64,000 nucleotides of DNA. Origin: Halodesulfurarchaeum sp. GTDB taxonomy: Archaea > Halobacteriota > Halobacteria > Halobacteriales > Halobacteriaceae. The stretch is from the NCBI GenBank assembly GCA_042216015.1, contig JBDGUI010000011.1, positions 1 to 64,000 on the forward strand, given 5' to 3'. Shown piece after piece: positions 9,526 to 19,540 of the stretch. Every line of letters begins with the position of its first letter. Position 1 is the first letter of the stretch. A model generated the notes under the pieces. It was not told the origin of the DNA and ran no database searches. It saw only the letters and a list, made by a program, of their open reading frames with translations. The translations under genes and the position numbers were made by a program.

Positions 9526-10986
9526 ATGACAACCTTCACAGCCGGCGACATCACCCTCGAGCGAGTCGCCCCGCTCACCTGGGAGATCGCCCAGGCGGGC
9601 GAGATGAACGTGCCGGCCCGAGTCTATGCCAGCGAGGCACTCCTGGAGGAGATCTCCGAGGACAAGACCCTCGAACAGCTTCGAAACGTCACCCACCTGC
9701 CCGGAATCTACGAGCCCGCCATCGCCATGCCCGACGCCCACCAGGGCTATGGCTTCCCCGTGGGAGGGGTCGCGGCCATCGACGCCGAGGACGGCGTCAT
9801 CAGCCCCGGAGCGATCGGCTACGACATCAATTGTGGGGTCCGGATGCTCCGGACCGATCTTACCCGCGAGGACATCGCGGGCAAGGAGGAGGAACTCGTC
9901 GACGCCCTCTTCGAGGCCATCCCCTCGGGGCTGGGAGCCGGCGGGGTCCTCCAGGGGACCTCCTCGACCATCGAGGAGATCCTCGACCGGGGCATGCAGT
10001 GGGCCCTCGAGGAGGGCTATGCCGTCGAATCGGACCTCGAACACTGCGAGGACAACGGCTTCCGCGAGGAGGCCGATCCGAGTGCCGTCTCCCAGGAGGC
10101 AAAGGACCGCGGTCGAAAGCAGATCGGAAGTCTGGGCAGCGGCAACCACTTCCTCGAGGTGCAGGAGGTGACAGCCGTCTTCGACGAGGACGTGGCAACC
10201 GCCTACGGGCTCAGCGAGGGGCAACTCGTGGTGCTCATCCACTGTGGCTCCCGCGGACTGGGCCATCAGGTCTGTACGGACTACCTCAGGGAGATCGAGC
10301 AGGAACACGCAGACCTGCTCGAATCGCTCCCGGACCGGGAACTCGCCGCGGCGCCCGCGGGAAGCGAACTCGGCGAGGCCTACTACGGGGCGATGAACGC
10401 GGCGATCAACTTCGCGTGGGTCAACCGACAGTTGATCGCCTACCAGACCAGACAGGTCTTCGCCGACGTTCTCGACCGGGACTGGCGGGACCTGGGCATG
10501 GAACTCCTCTACGACGTCGCCCACAACATCGGCAAGCGGGAGACCCACGAGATCAGAGGACGGAAACGGGACGTCTACGTCCATCGGAAGGGCGCAACCA
10601 GGGCCTTCCCGCCGGGCCATCCGGAGGTCCCCGAGCAGTACCGTGACGTCGGCCAGCCGGTCATCATCCCGGGCTCGATGGGCGCGGGCAGTTACGTTCT
10701 CCGGGGCGGGGACGAGTCGCTCGGACGATCTTTCGGGTCGACGGCCCACGGCGCCGGGCGGCTGATGAGCCGCACCCAGGCAAAACAGGAGTTCTGGGGC
10801 GAAGACGTGAAGGACGCCCTCGAGGAGGAGAGTCAGATCTACGTCCGTGCCCAGAGCGGAGCGACCATCGCCGAGGAGGCCCCCGGGGTCTACAAGGACG
10901 TCGACGAAGTGGTGCGGGTCTCGAGGGAACTGGGGATCGGCGATCCAGTCGTCCGAACCTTCCCCGTCCTGAACATCAAGGGATAG
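9526..10986 (+). CDS. rtcB: RtcB RNA-splicing ligase
   Basis: MPDAHQGYGFPVG, DINCG, GNHF, HCGSRG, HN, HRKGAT, HGAGR, YKD, C-terminal IKG. Confidence 0.98.
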   Translation: MTTFTAGDITLERVAPLTWEIAQAGEMNVPARVYASEALLEEISEDKTLEQLRNVTHLPGIYEPAIAMPDAHQGYGFPVGGVAAIDAEDGVISPGAIGYDINCGVRMLRTDLTREDIAGKEEELVDALFEAIPSGLGAGGVLQGTSSTIEEILDRGMQWALEEGYAVESDLEHCEDNGFREEADPSAVSQEAKDRGRKQIGSLGSGNHFLEVQEVTAVFDEDVATAYGLSEGQLVVLIHCGSRGLGHQVCTDYLREIEQEHADLLESLPDRELAAAPAGSELGEAYYGAMNAAINFAWVNRQLIAYQTRQVFADVLDRDWRDLGMELLYDVAHNIGKRETHEIRGRKRDVYVHRKGATRAFPPGHPEVPEQYRDVGQPVIIPGSMGAGSYVLRGGDESLGRSFGSTAHGAGRLMSRTQAKQEFWGEDVKDALEEESQIYVRAQSGATIAEEAPGVYKDVDEVVRVSRELGIGDPVVRTFPVLNIKG

Positions 10987-11028
10987 GAGAGCAGGGACCT
11001 TTTTGCCCGGTCGGCGTCGAGAGGGGGT

Positions 11029-11880
11029 ATGATCGACGAGACCGCCGAGGAGATCCGGTCGATGCGGACCCACAGTTCCTCGGTCGTCGCGGCAAACGCC
11101 GCCCACGCCCTCGAGGAACTGCTCGACCGCGAATACCCGAGCGTCGAGGAGTACCTCCGGGAACTCGAGCACAACAGTTCGGCGCTGCGCCGGGCGAACC
11201 CCTCCCACGCCTCGCTGGTCACCACCCAGCGCGAGATCATCGAGAGCGTCCGCTCGGCGAATCCCGAGTCCGTCGAGGCGGCCAAGGCCCGCACGGAGGG
11301 CGCCATCGAGGAGGTCGTCTCGACGATCGAGACCGCAAAACACCGGGCGGCGGAGTCCGCTGCCGAGCGCATCGACGGCGGGACGACGATCCTGACACAC
11401 GATTACTCCTCCACGGTGCTCGAGGCCCTCGAGGCCGCCGCTCGCGACGGAGCCCACCTCGACGTGTACGTCACCGAGGCACGGCCACGCCACCTGGGCC
11501 GCAAGACCGCCCGCGTGCTCGGGGCCATCGATCGGATCGAGACGACGCTGATTGTCGACAGCGCCGCCGGCCACTACCTCGCCGACGTCGACCAGGTGCT
11601 GATAGGGATGGACTGTATCGTCGATGACCTCCTCTACAACCGGGTCGGCACCTATCCGATCGCCGTGACCGCAGCCGATCGGGACGTCCCGGTGACCGTC
11701 ACCGGATCGAGCGCCAAGGTCGTCGACGGCGGCTTCCGCTTCGAGAACGACTTCAGGCCCGCGAGCGAGGTCATCCGCGAGCCGCCGGAGGGATTCGAGG
11801 TCGGCAACCCGGCCTACGATGCGACCCCGGTGAGATACGTGGATGCGCTGGTGACCGAGGAGGGAGAGACGACCGTGTAG
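11029..11880 (+). CDS. aIF-2B / ribose-1,5-bisphosphate isomerase-like protein (IF-2B family)
   Basis: LTHDYSSTV, VTEARP, IGMDCI, NRVGTY, NPAYDATP, LVTEEG. Confidence 0.88.
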   Translation: MIDETAEEIRSMRTHSSSVVAANAAHALEELLDREYPSVEEYLRELEHNSSALRRANPSHASLVTTQREIIESVRSANPESVEAAKARTEGAIEEVVSTIETAKHRAAESAAERIDGGTTILTHDYSSTVLEALEAAARDGAHLDVYVTEARPRHLGRKTARVLGAIDRIETTLIVDSAAGHYLADVDQVLIGMDCIVDDLLYNRVGTYPIAVTAADRDVPVTVTGSSAKVVDGGFRFENDFRPASEVIREPPEGFEVGNPAYDATPVRYVDALVTEEGETTV

Positions 11881-12046
11881 GAAGGCCGGGGGATCGGCGG
11901 GCGTCACTCGAGTGGGTCAGCACCGGCCTCGCCGCAGTGACCCTCGCGGGACTGGGCTACACCGTTACCTCCCTGTTCATGGCATACTGAGTTCAAGGAG
12001 AATCCCGGGCGACACTTTCCTTAGCCCCCCGCACGAACGAGAATCA

Positions 12047-12691
12047 ATGAGACGATCCGGCGACCTCGCTGCCCTGATGGGAAACACCCAGCTCAACGCG
12101 GTACTTGGCTGGGGGTTGCTCCTCGCGCTCGCGCTCGTGGGAGTCGAGAGCGCGCTCGATGGGGACTGGGTCTGGGTGATCGTCTCCGTCACGGTCGTCG
12201 TGCTGGGCGCAATCCCGCCGCTTTTCTTCAGGGACCCGGAGGTGATGCTTCCCTGGGAGGTGCTCGTGCTCGGGATCGTCCCGCTTTTCGCCCGAGGACT
12301 GTTTGGTGGCCTGATCGCCGACATCGCCGCATATCTCGGAGTGGCCGCAGTCGCGCTCGTCATCGCGGTCGATCTGGACGTCTTCACTCGGGTCCGAATG
12401 ACCACCGGGTTCGCCGTGATATTCGTTGGCGTGACGACGATGGCCACGGCGGGAATCTGGGCCGTGCTCAGATGGCTCTCGGACGTCCTCCTCGGGACGG
12501 CGCTGATCTACCCGAGCCCGCCTCCGGTCTCGCCCGCCGTCGAGGAGGCAGCCCTCGAGGCGCTGATGTGGGACTTCGTGGCCGCGACCATCGGCGGGAT
12601 GCTCGCCGGGACGATCTTCGCCCTTTACTTCCGCCGACTGGCCGCCGGTCGCACCCGCTTGCCACCGGACGTCGCGGAGGCCATCGAATGA
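12047..12691 (+). CDS. Multi-pass membrane protein, paralogous to the next gene
   Basis: About 6 hydrophobic segments; ATGA overlap with the next ORF. Confidence 0.85.
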   Translation: MRRSGDLAALMGNTQLNAVLGWGLLLALALVGVESALDGDWVWVIVSVTVVVLGAIPPLFFRDPEVMLPWEVLVLGIVPLFARGLFGGLIADIAAYLGVAAVALVIAVDLDVFTRVRMTTGFAVIFVGVTTMATAGIWAVLRWLSDVLLGTALIYPSPPPVSPAVEEAALEALMWDFVAATIGGMLAGTIFALYFRRLAAGRTRLPPDVAEAIE

Positions 12692-13356
12692 ACGTGCGGG
12701 ATCGGCTCTCTGTTAGCCGGCGCCGACAGGCCCAGCTCAGCCGGCTCATGCAGCTCTCGCTCGTCGGATTCCTGTTCGTGGGACTCTACGAGGTGGACGT
12801 CGGAATCGTGGTCAACTCGCTTTTCGGATTGGCCATCACGACCCTCCCAGCCCTCCTCGAGCGGGACTTCGAGATCCCAATGGACGCCGGGCCCACCCTC
12901 TGGATCACCGCGGCGGTGTTCCTGCATGCCTTCGGGACCATCGGGTTGCCGTGGATGGAGGTGAGCTTCTACCAGGCCGTCTGGTGGTGGGACCATCTCA
13001 CCCACGCGCTCTCCTCCTCGATCGTGGCCGGGGCTGGCTACGCGACGGTCAGGGGGCTTCAGACTCACACCAGGGGGATCACCCTTCCGCCGTCGGCCCA
13101 GTTCACGTTCATCATCGTGCTGGTGGTCGCCTTCGGCGTCGTCTGGGAGGTCGCCGAGTTCGTGCTCGCCGAACTGTCATTACTCCTCGGTTCCGAGCCG
13201 GTGCTCACCCAGTACGGGGTCGGCGACACGATGCTCGACCTCGTCTTCAACACGGTGGGAGCGGTCCTCGTGGCGACACTCGGCACGACTCGGCTCGCAC
13301 CGCTTACGTGGGCCATCGTCAGGCGGCTCGACGCGCGAGACAGGGGCGGCGCGTAG
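12688..13356 (+). CDS. Multi-pass membrane protein, DUF2238/YjdF-like
   Basis: FLH..G, WWDHLTH, WEVAEF, DTMLDL motifs in transmembrane helices. Confidence 0.8.
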   Translation: MNVRDRLSVSRRRQAQLSRLMQLSLVGFLFVGLYEVDVGIVVNSLFGLAITTLPALLERDFEIPMDAGPTLWITAAVFLHAFGTIGLPWMEVSFYQAVWWWDHLTHALSSSIVAGAGYATVRGLQTHTRGITLPPSAQFTFIIVLVVAFGVVWEVAEFVLAELSLLLGSEPVLTQYGVGDTMLDLVFNTVGAVLVATLGTTRLAPLTWAIVRRLDARDRGGA

Positions 13357-13388
13357 TTTTATCGGGATCGGCCCCGTAGGCCGATTCG

Positions 13389-13598
13389 ATGGTATACAAG
13401 AAGATAACCCTGACCGGAACGAGCGAGGAGAGCTTCGAGAGCGCCGCGGACGATGCCGTCGACCGAGCCGAGAAGACCCTCGACAACGTCAAGTGGGCGG
13501 AGGTCCTCGAGATGGGAGTCGAAATCGGCTCCGTCGAAACGCGCCAGTACCAGGTCGAACTGGAGGTCGCCTTCGAACTCGAGGAACCCGAGATCTGA
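13389..13598 (+). CDS. Dodecin (flavin-binding)
   Basis: [30 protein letters not shown]...YQV.LEVAF. Confidence 0.95.
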   Translation: MVYKKITLTGTSEESFESAADDAVDRAEKTLDNVKWAEVLEMGVEIGSVETRQYQVELEVAFELEEPEI

Positions 13599-13625
13599 GG
13601 CGACTCGCGTGCCGTCCCCCAGTGC

Positions 13626-14906
13626 TCAGTCCTCCTCGAGACGTACGGCCACGCTTTCTTCGTGGGCATCGAGGCCCTCCGTCGCCGCGAGCGTCATGAC
13701 CGTCTCTCCGAGATCCACGAGCGCGTCGTGGCCGAGTCGCTGGACCGTCGTCGCCCGGAGAAACGTATCGACTGAAAGCCCACCGACCAACTTCGCCTGC
13801 CCTCCCGTGGGCAGGACGTGGTTCGTCCCGGTCGCATAATCCCCGGCGGCGACCGGAGTATCCGGGCCGAGGAAGACCGACCCGGCACTGTCGATTCGTT
13901 CGAGGGTGGCCTCCTCGTCTGCGGTCTGGATCGAGAGGTGCTCCGCCGCGTAGGCCTCCGCGAAGGTCGTCGCCTCCTCCATCGATCCCGCGACGAGGAT
14001 CGCCGACTGTGGTGCTGCGAGGGCGGCCTCGATCGTTTCGGCCCGGTTTCGCTCCTCGAGTTGCGCTTCGATTTCCTCACGGATCGACCGCGCGATCGCC
14101 TCGCTCAGTGTGACCGCGACGACCGAGGAGTCGGGATCGTGTTCGGCCTGTGCGAGCATGTCCGCGGCGACCGCCGCGGGGTCGGCAGTGTGGTCCGCGA
14201 TCGCGAGCAGCTCGCTCGGGCCCGCGAGGAAGTCGATTTGCACGTCGCCCTGGACTTCGGCTTTGGCCGCGGTCACGAACCGATTGCCCGGTCCGGCGAT
14301 CTTCTGGACGGAACCGACGCTCTCGGTGCCGTAGGCCAGCGCCGCGATCGCCTGGGCACCACCGATCTGGTAGACCGCATCGGCACCGGCGATCTCGAGT
14401 GCCGCAAGCGTGGCCGGGTGCAACTCCTCGGCCGGCGGCGTGGCCACCACGACCTCCTCGACCCCGGCCACCTTGGCCGGGATGACACCCATGAGGACGC
14501 TCGAGGGGTAGGCTGCGGTGCCCCCCGGAACGTAGATGCCGACCCGTTCGAGCGGGCGGAACCGCCGGCCCAGTTCCCGTCCCTCGAAGTCGGCTCGCCA
14601 GTCCGTTGGAACCTGTTCGCGGTGAAACGCCCGGATGTTCGCCGCGGCGTCCTCGATTGCGGTCCGCACCGCGGGATCGACGGCCGGTGTGGCTCCAGCG
14701 ACTCGGTCGGTGATCTCGATCGAATCGACATCCACGCCGTCGAAGCGGCTACTCAATTCCCGGATCGCGGCGTCCCCCTCCGATCGCACCTGTTCGATGA
14801 TCTCCCGGACGGTCTCCCGTTCGGCTGTAACCCCGGCGTCCCGGTCGAGAATCGAGCGCTCGCGCTCCGGGTCGAGGTCGGCGATGGCGAGTGGCGACAG
14901 TCGCAT
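13626..14906 (-). CDS. hisD: Histidinol dehydrogenase
   Basis: YVPGGTAAYPS, GGAQAIAALAYG, GPGN, AGPSE, QAEHD, EHL, GDYATGTNHVLPT. Confidence 0.98.
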   Translation of the reverse strand: MRLSPLAIADLDPERERSILDRDAGVTAERETVREIIEQVRSEGDAAIRELSSRFDGVDVDSIEITDRVAGATPAVDPAVRTAIEDAAANIRAFHREQVPTDWRADFEGRELGRRFRPLERVGIYVPGGTAAYPSSVLMGVIPAKVAGVEEVVVATPPAEELHPATLAALEIAGADAVYQIGGAQAIAALAYGTESVGSVQKIAGPGNRFVTAAKAEVQGDVQIDFLAGPSELLAIADHTADPAAVAADMLAQAEHDPDSSVVAVTLSEAIARSIREEIEAQLEERNRAETIEAALAAPQSAILVAGSMEEATTFAEAYAAEHLSIQTADEEATLERIDSAGSVFLGPDTPVAAGDYATGTNHVLPTGGQAKLVGGLSVDTFLRATTVQRLGHDALVDLGETVMTLAATEGLDAHEESVAVRLEED

Positions 14907-14987
14907 GGCTCAGCGTCCGTCGGCGGGAAGGAAAACGATTGGCATCCCGGACAGGAACTGGCCGCCCGAACGGGTCGATCGACCCCG

Positions 14988-15554
14988 CTACTCAGAAATG
15001 TAGGGGTTCTCCCGCCAGTCCACCCCACCGTCCTCGCCCTCGACCGCCTCGGCCGGTTCCTCGACGACTTCGACGGTGGCGGGGGTGGGCTCCCCGTCGA
15101 CGATCTTGAGGGGTTCGAGGGACCCGTCGACGGCGGTGATCGCCGTGAGCGTGCCCTCCGTCTCGAGGAGCGCGATGTCGGTCAAGACCGTGAACATCTC
15201 GTACTGCAATGCGGTGTTCTGCAGGACCGCCTCGCGGTCACCGCTGAAACTCGCCATCGTGACGAGTTCGCTTGGAATCTCCTCCTCGTCGTCGAGGGAG
15301 TTCCAGCGGCGGCCACGTGGGGGCTCCTCCTCGTAGACGCGCTTCTCTTCGATGCTCACCTTGAGTTGGGCCGTCGGCGTGTACTTGCCCACCCCGTCCC
15401 CGGCGGCGACGGCCTTGATGAGCAAGATGTTGTTTCGTCTCGTCCGCTCGAGCGACTCGATCTCCGGGGGGAGATCCGGGTCCTCGAGGTACGCCTCGAG
15501 ATCCTCGAGCGGGAGTTCGAACGACGCGGAGAGTCGGAATACCTGACCAGTCAT
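14988..15554 (-). CDS. Conserved haloarchaeal hypothetical protein
   Basis: Acidic 188-aa ORF with typical codon usage; no motif recognised. Confidence 0.8.
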   Translation of the reverse strand: MTGQVFRLSASFELPLEDLEAYLEDPDLPPEIESLERTRRNNILLIKAVAAGDGVGKYTPTAQLKVSIEEKRVYEEEPPRGRRWNSLDDEEEIPSELVTMASFSGDREAVLQNTALQYEMFTVLTDIALLETEGTLTAITAVDGSLEPLKIVDGEPTPATVEVVEEPAEAVEGEDGGVDWRENPYISE

Positions 15555-15701
15555 GTGTACCCGTTACCCCGAGGTCGGCTCTGGGCCTCAGAGCAATCGA
15601 GTGGTCATAGGAGCCCATCGCTTATATGGTCCCTGTTCGAGCGGAGCGATTTCCCGCCCCGCGATCGGAGCGTTGAACAGGCTCCCGCTTGACCGCAGGG
15701 T

Positions 15702-17162
15702 ATGGATCGGGGAGGGGCTGAAAGTCGGGGGTCCATCGGTCGGTTCCTGCTGGCCGCGAAATACCACGCAATGGAGACGCTCCATCAGCGGATCAAGAGC
15801 ACGGAGCGACTTCTCCACCTCATGATCGTCTTCGTGGTCCCGGTCATTCTGGCCGGGCTCACGTGGGCCTCGAATGCGATAAGCGTCCTGCCATTCGTCA
15901 TCTACCCGCCCCTCGCATCCGGGACGTACACGCTCTTTGCGGACCCGGAGAGTCGATACGCCGATCCAAGGCGGTTCGTCGGCGGCATGACGGTGGGTGC
16001 GCTCTCCGGATGGGCGGCGCTCAAATTTCTGACCATGTTCTGGTATGCAGTTCCGCCGGGATCGATGGAGGTCCACGCCGGGGCCACCGCGCTCGCGATT
16101 TCGCTCACGGCCGTATTCACCTGGGCGCTGGACCTCGAGGTGCCGACGGCGTTTTCGTCGGCGCTGCTCGCGCTTCTGGCCGGCACGAACATCACCTACG
16201 TCATCGCCATCGCGATCTCCAGTTCGATCGTGGCCATCGTCTTCCTCGGCTGGTACGAGCACGTCTACGAACAGCGAGCCGACTTCCTCTACCGGACGGC
16301 GACCAGTGACGACCGCGTGTTCGTGCCAGTTCGGGGGACCCCAACGGACGAGGAGACGGCACTCTTTGGCGCGCTCCTCGCAGCGGCACACGATGCAGGC
16401 GCAGTCGTGCTCTATCGGGCCTCCCCGCACGAACCGCTGCCCGACCCCGTATTCGAACGGCCGGTCGAGCGTTCCCTGTCACTACCCGAGACCCCCACCG
16501 ACGGAGCCGACGGGCTGGAAGTGGTCGGCCCCTGGACGGAGACCCCCGAAATTGGCCTGATGGAGCGCGTCAAGGCGGCAATCGAGGAGACTGTCGACGT
16601 TCCCACCGAAATCGCGCTCGAGCCCGGCGATCCGGAAAACCCGCGGACGGCGATCGACGCTGCTCGGCGGCTCGCTTGTGATCTCGTGGTCACCAGCCAC
16701 GAGGGAGACCTCTCGGATCCGACCCCCTACCTCGCTGGACTGTTCGCCGGCGACATCGACGCGATCGCCCTCCATCCCACCGACCTGGCCACGAGTTGGA
16801 GCCGCGTCCTCGTCCTCGTCCGGGACGCTGGACCGACCGCCCGCGCGATGGTCGACTTCGCCACCCGGATCGCGGCGACGCCCGAGCGGGTGAGCGTCGC
16901 ACACGTCGTCGAGGGACGACAGAGACGCCGCGAGGCCGAGACGATGCTCGCCGAACTGGTCGACTCGTTCGAATCGGACATCGAAACCCGGGTCGCGACC
17001 GGCCAGGTCGGGGAGTTCCTCGAGCGGAACAGCGACTACTACGATGTCGTCTTTATCGGGGCCAGTAGCGATCGGTCCGTGGCGTCCCGAATCCTCACCC
17101 CGCCGACGTTCAGGAACCTCACCGGGGTCGACGCCGACATCGCCCTCGTTCATCTCGGGTAG
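15702..17162 (+). CDS. HPP-family membrane domain fused to USP-like domains
   Basis: YPPLASGTYTLF and VPTAFSSALL transmembrane region, then two Rossmann-like USP repeats (VFVPVRG, VLVLVR...VVFIGAS). Start could also be 15771. Confidence 0.8.
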   Translation: MDRGGAESRGSIGRFLLAAKYHAMETLHQRIKSTERLLHLMIVFVVPVILAGLTWASNAISVLPFVIYPPLASGTYTLFADPESRYADPRRFVGGMTVGALSGWAALKFLTMFWYAVPPGSMEVHAGATALAISLTAVFTWALDLEVPTAFSSALLALLAGTNITYVIAIAISSSIVAIVFLGWYEHVYEQRADFLYRTATSDDRVFVPVRGTPTDEETALFGALLAAAHDAGAVVLYRASPHEPLPDPVFERPVERSLSLPETPTDGADGLEVVGPWTETPEIGLMERVKAAIEETVDVPTEIALEPGDPENPRTAIDAARRLACDLVVTSHEGDLSDPTPYLAGLFAGDIDAIALHPTDLATSWSRVLVLVRDAGPTARAMVDFATRIAATPERVSVAHVVEGRQRRREAETMLAELVDSFESDIETRVATGQVGEFLERNSDYYDVVFIGASSDRSVASRILTPPTFRNLTGVDADIALVHLG

Positions 17163-17220
17163 GGAACACGCGCCGAACCCGATCCGGTATCCAGTTACGT
17201 CTCCGGGCCAACGTCGATCC

Positions 17221-17412
17221 ATGTCAAGCGATCGGACCATGATCGGCGTTCACACGATCGACGCCGGCGGGCGAATCGACCTCGACGACGCCGTCTTCGA
17301 GGAGAGCAACCTCGAACGGGGCGGGAACTGCCTGGTCGTCGCCTCCACGGACGGGGGCATCAACGTGATGCCGGTAACGACAGGGTTCGAACCCACACCC
17401 AGCGGACAGTAG
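17221..17412 (+). CDS. Small AbrB/SpoVT/MraZ-like protein (63 aa)
   Basis: TIDAGGRIDL....EESNLERG..LVV pattern resembles swapped-hairpin DNA-binding domains. Confidence 0.55.
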   Translation: MSSDRTMIGVHTIDAGGRIDLDDAVFEESNLERGGNCLVVASTDGGINVMPVTTGFEPTPSGQ

Positions 17413-17467
17413 TCGGAACTGCCTTTTCTTCCACCCATCCTTCCCACCGCGCCGTTATTCTTCCCCG

Positions 17468-18010
17468 TCAGAAGAACCAGCCCGATTCAGAATCCGTGGC
17501 ATCCCCATCCTCGCTCTCGAGCCGGCCTTCGGCGGCCAGTTCGGCGTCGATCTCAGCCTGGGTGAAGTCGAAGAAGTGCTTCTCCGGGAGTTCGACGTCG
17601 AGTACCTCGAGCGTCGTCTGGTTTCCCTGGTTGTCGAAGGCCTTCCAGTCTCCCCACCCGTAGGGCGCGCCGACGATGAGGTGAACCTGGCCCTGTCCGA
17701 AGGTGGCGAGATCGGCGTCGCTGGGTCGGAGTGCCCCATTCGGATGGGAATGGACGGACCCCACTGAGCGCATATCGTTGGGCTTCATGTGCTGGCGGAC
17801 GGTTGCACTCACCGGGCCCGACGTCGTCCCCGGGATCACCAACACGTCGGTTATCACCTGTCCGTTCCGATCGAGGCCGAGCTTTGTGGCGTCCTCGGCC
17901 CGGAGAAAGCCCATGTACTCGTTCGGGTGGGTCTCCTCGCAGGCCTCCAGGGTGAACTCCAGGGTCTCCCTCGCGATGCCGAGGAGTTTCCTCGGGCGGA
18001 ACAGTCCCAT
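17468..18010 (-). CDS. JAMM/MPN+ (Mov34) metalloprotease
   Basis: HPNE followed by HSHPNGALRPSDAD (E-x-HSH-x7-S-x2-D). Confidence 0.92.
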   Translation of the reverse strand: MGLFRPRKLLGIARETLEFTLEACEETHPNEYMGFLRAEDATKLGLDRNGQVITDVLVIPGTTSGPVSATVRQHMKPNDMRSVGSVHSHPNGALRPSDADLATFGQGQVHLIVGAPYGWGDWKAFDNQGNQTTLEVLDVELPEKHFFDFTQAEIDAELAAEGRLESEDGDATDSESGWFF

Positions 18011-18065
18011 CACCTGCCAGTAGCCCGAGGAATTCCCTAAGCGTTCCGGCGAGTCGGTCGGTGGT

Positions 18066-19403
18066 CTATCCGGCCTGTGCGGCACCGGCGTCGACGACCC
18101 GGCCCAGAAAGAGGATGGTCCCCGTGGGTCGATCGCGGATCGCGAACAGGAAGGGGCGGTCGGCGACGAATTTGAACGTCTCCGCCGGTGCTGCAGTGTA
18201 ATTGATCACGACCCCCGTGGCCGCTGCGGCCGCCGTTCCGGTCTCATCGACCCCGATGTACGTGTCGTGGTAGACGTCATCGATGTAGAGCCGGTCCCCG
18301 CCGCCCTCGATGTCGGCCATGCCGGAGAAGTCGGCTGCCTGCGGGTCGAACGCCTGGTGCATCCCGAGGTCCCGAAGCGCCGGCTTCAATCCGTGCCCGT
18401 CGCCGAACTCGAATTTCGGGATCGCGATCGTCCCCTCCCGTCGCTCGAGCGAGTCGACGACGGTCGAGATCGTCCCCCCGGAAAGCGAGGCCTCGACGGA
18501 CTCGAAATCCCCAGGGGACGGCAGGAGAACGAGCATCGCCACCTCGCCGCCGAGGTACGGGAGTTCGACGGCCTGGGTCCCATCGACCTCGGCATAGGGA
18601 AGGGGATCGGTTCGGTGCATCATGGCCACTGCGGACGTGGCTCCCCGAAGCGAGGTGAAGGGGACCCGCTCGGTGTTCTCGGGGTCGAAGGGGTGCTGCC
18701 AGTTCGCCCTGAAGGAGACGGCGTTGGTCAGGACCAGCCGGGTGAGCGGGCCGATTGCACCCGCTGGAACCAACTCCTCGATCCGGTCCTCAGTCCGATC
18801 GGCGACCCAGTCGTTGATGGTTTTTCGGGCACGCTCCGGGTCGGCCGCGTAATCCACCTTCCTGAGCCCACCACCGTAGTGATCCCGAAGGAGTTCGAGG
18901 TACTCCCTCTCGAAGGGAAACCCAGCCTGCCCCCACACGGCGTTGAGGAGAGTGAGTTCGAACGGAATGGGATCGTCATCCGCCGCGTACTCCGTCGGAA
19001 GCTCTTCGGGATCGAGTTCCCGTGCACGGGCGTTCAGTTCCCGCTGCAACGCGTTGAACGCCCGGTGAAGTGACTCGTCCTCGAGGGAGTAGCGAAGTGC
19101 CTCGCCCATCTGGGCCCTGGTCTCCTCACGCGCCCCGGCATACGCCATCGCGAGGGCCGTCGTCACGCTGAGCGGGGAGACGAGACCGTTCTCGGCGGGT
19201 GTTTCTGCGGCCGTCTCCCGGTACAGGGCCGTCGAGAACGAGTTCGCATCGGCCACGAGTTGTTCGAGCGCGTCGCCGGCCACGTCCGGTTCGACCCGGG
19301 GCGCATCGGTGGGTTCGTTCCCCCGGGGACCGGGGGCCGAACACCCGGCGAGCGCACCGGCAAGCAGCGACCCGGAGAGAGCGAGCAAGCGGCGGCGGTT
19401 CAT
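18066..19403 (-). CDS. Serpin, Tat-exported lipoprotein
   Basis: NRRRLL..LAGC signal; SPLS, LVLTNAV.F.A.W, IPKF, hinge DETGTAAAAAT, F.ADRPFLFAI. Confidence 0.95.
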   Translation of the reverse strand: MNRRRLLALSGSLLAGALAGCSAPGPRGNEPTDAPRVEPDVAGDALEQLVADANSFSTALYRETAAETPAENGLVSPLSVTTALAMAYAGAREETRAQMGEALRYSLEDESLHRAFNALQRELNARARELDPEELPTEYAADDDPIPFELTLLNAVWGQAGFPFEREYLELLRDHYGGGLRKVDYAADPERARKTINDWVADRTEDRIEELVPAGAIGPLTRLVLTNAVSFRANWQHPFDPENTERVPFTSLRGATSAVAMMHRTDPLPYAEVDGTQAVELPYLGGEVAMLVLLPSPGDFESVEASLSGGTISTVVDSLERREGTIAIPKFEFGDGHGLKPALRDLGMHQAFDPQAADFSGMADIEGGGDRLYIDDVYHDTYIGVDETGTAAAAATGVVINYTAAPAETFKFVADRPFLFAIRDRPTGTILFLGRVVDAGAAQAG

Positions 19404-19540
19404 GCGAGAGATGAGGGGCCCGCGTATCAATGCCTGTCGGAGGGTCAAATCCCCATTGGACACTTCGAGTCCACCACGTGGGACTCGTGAGGCGATCAGC
19501 GATTTTAACTGCGGGCGCGGATTTCCTGTGAATCACCCGA

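Noticed and set aside
9514..11907. 797-aa minus-strand ORF, and similar long antisense ORFs such as 13818-15692, 44724-46457 and 46845-48566
   Set aside because: Shadow frames of well-supported genes in high-GC DNA; no motifs.
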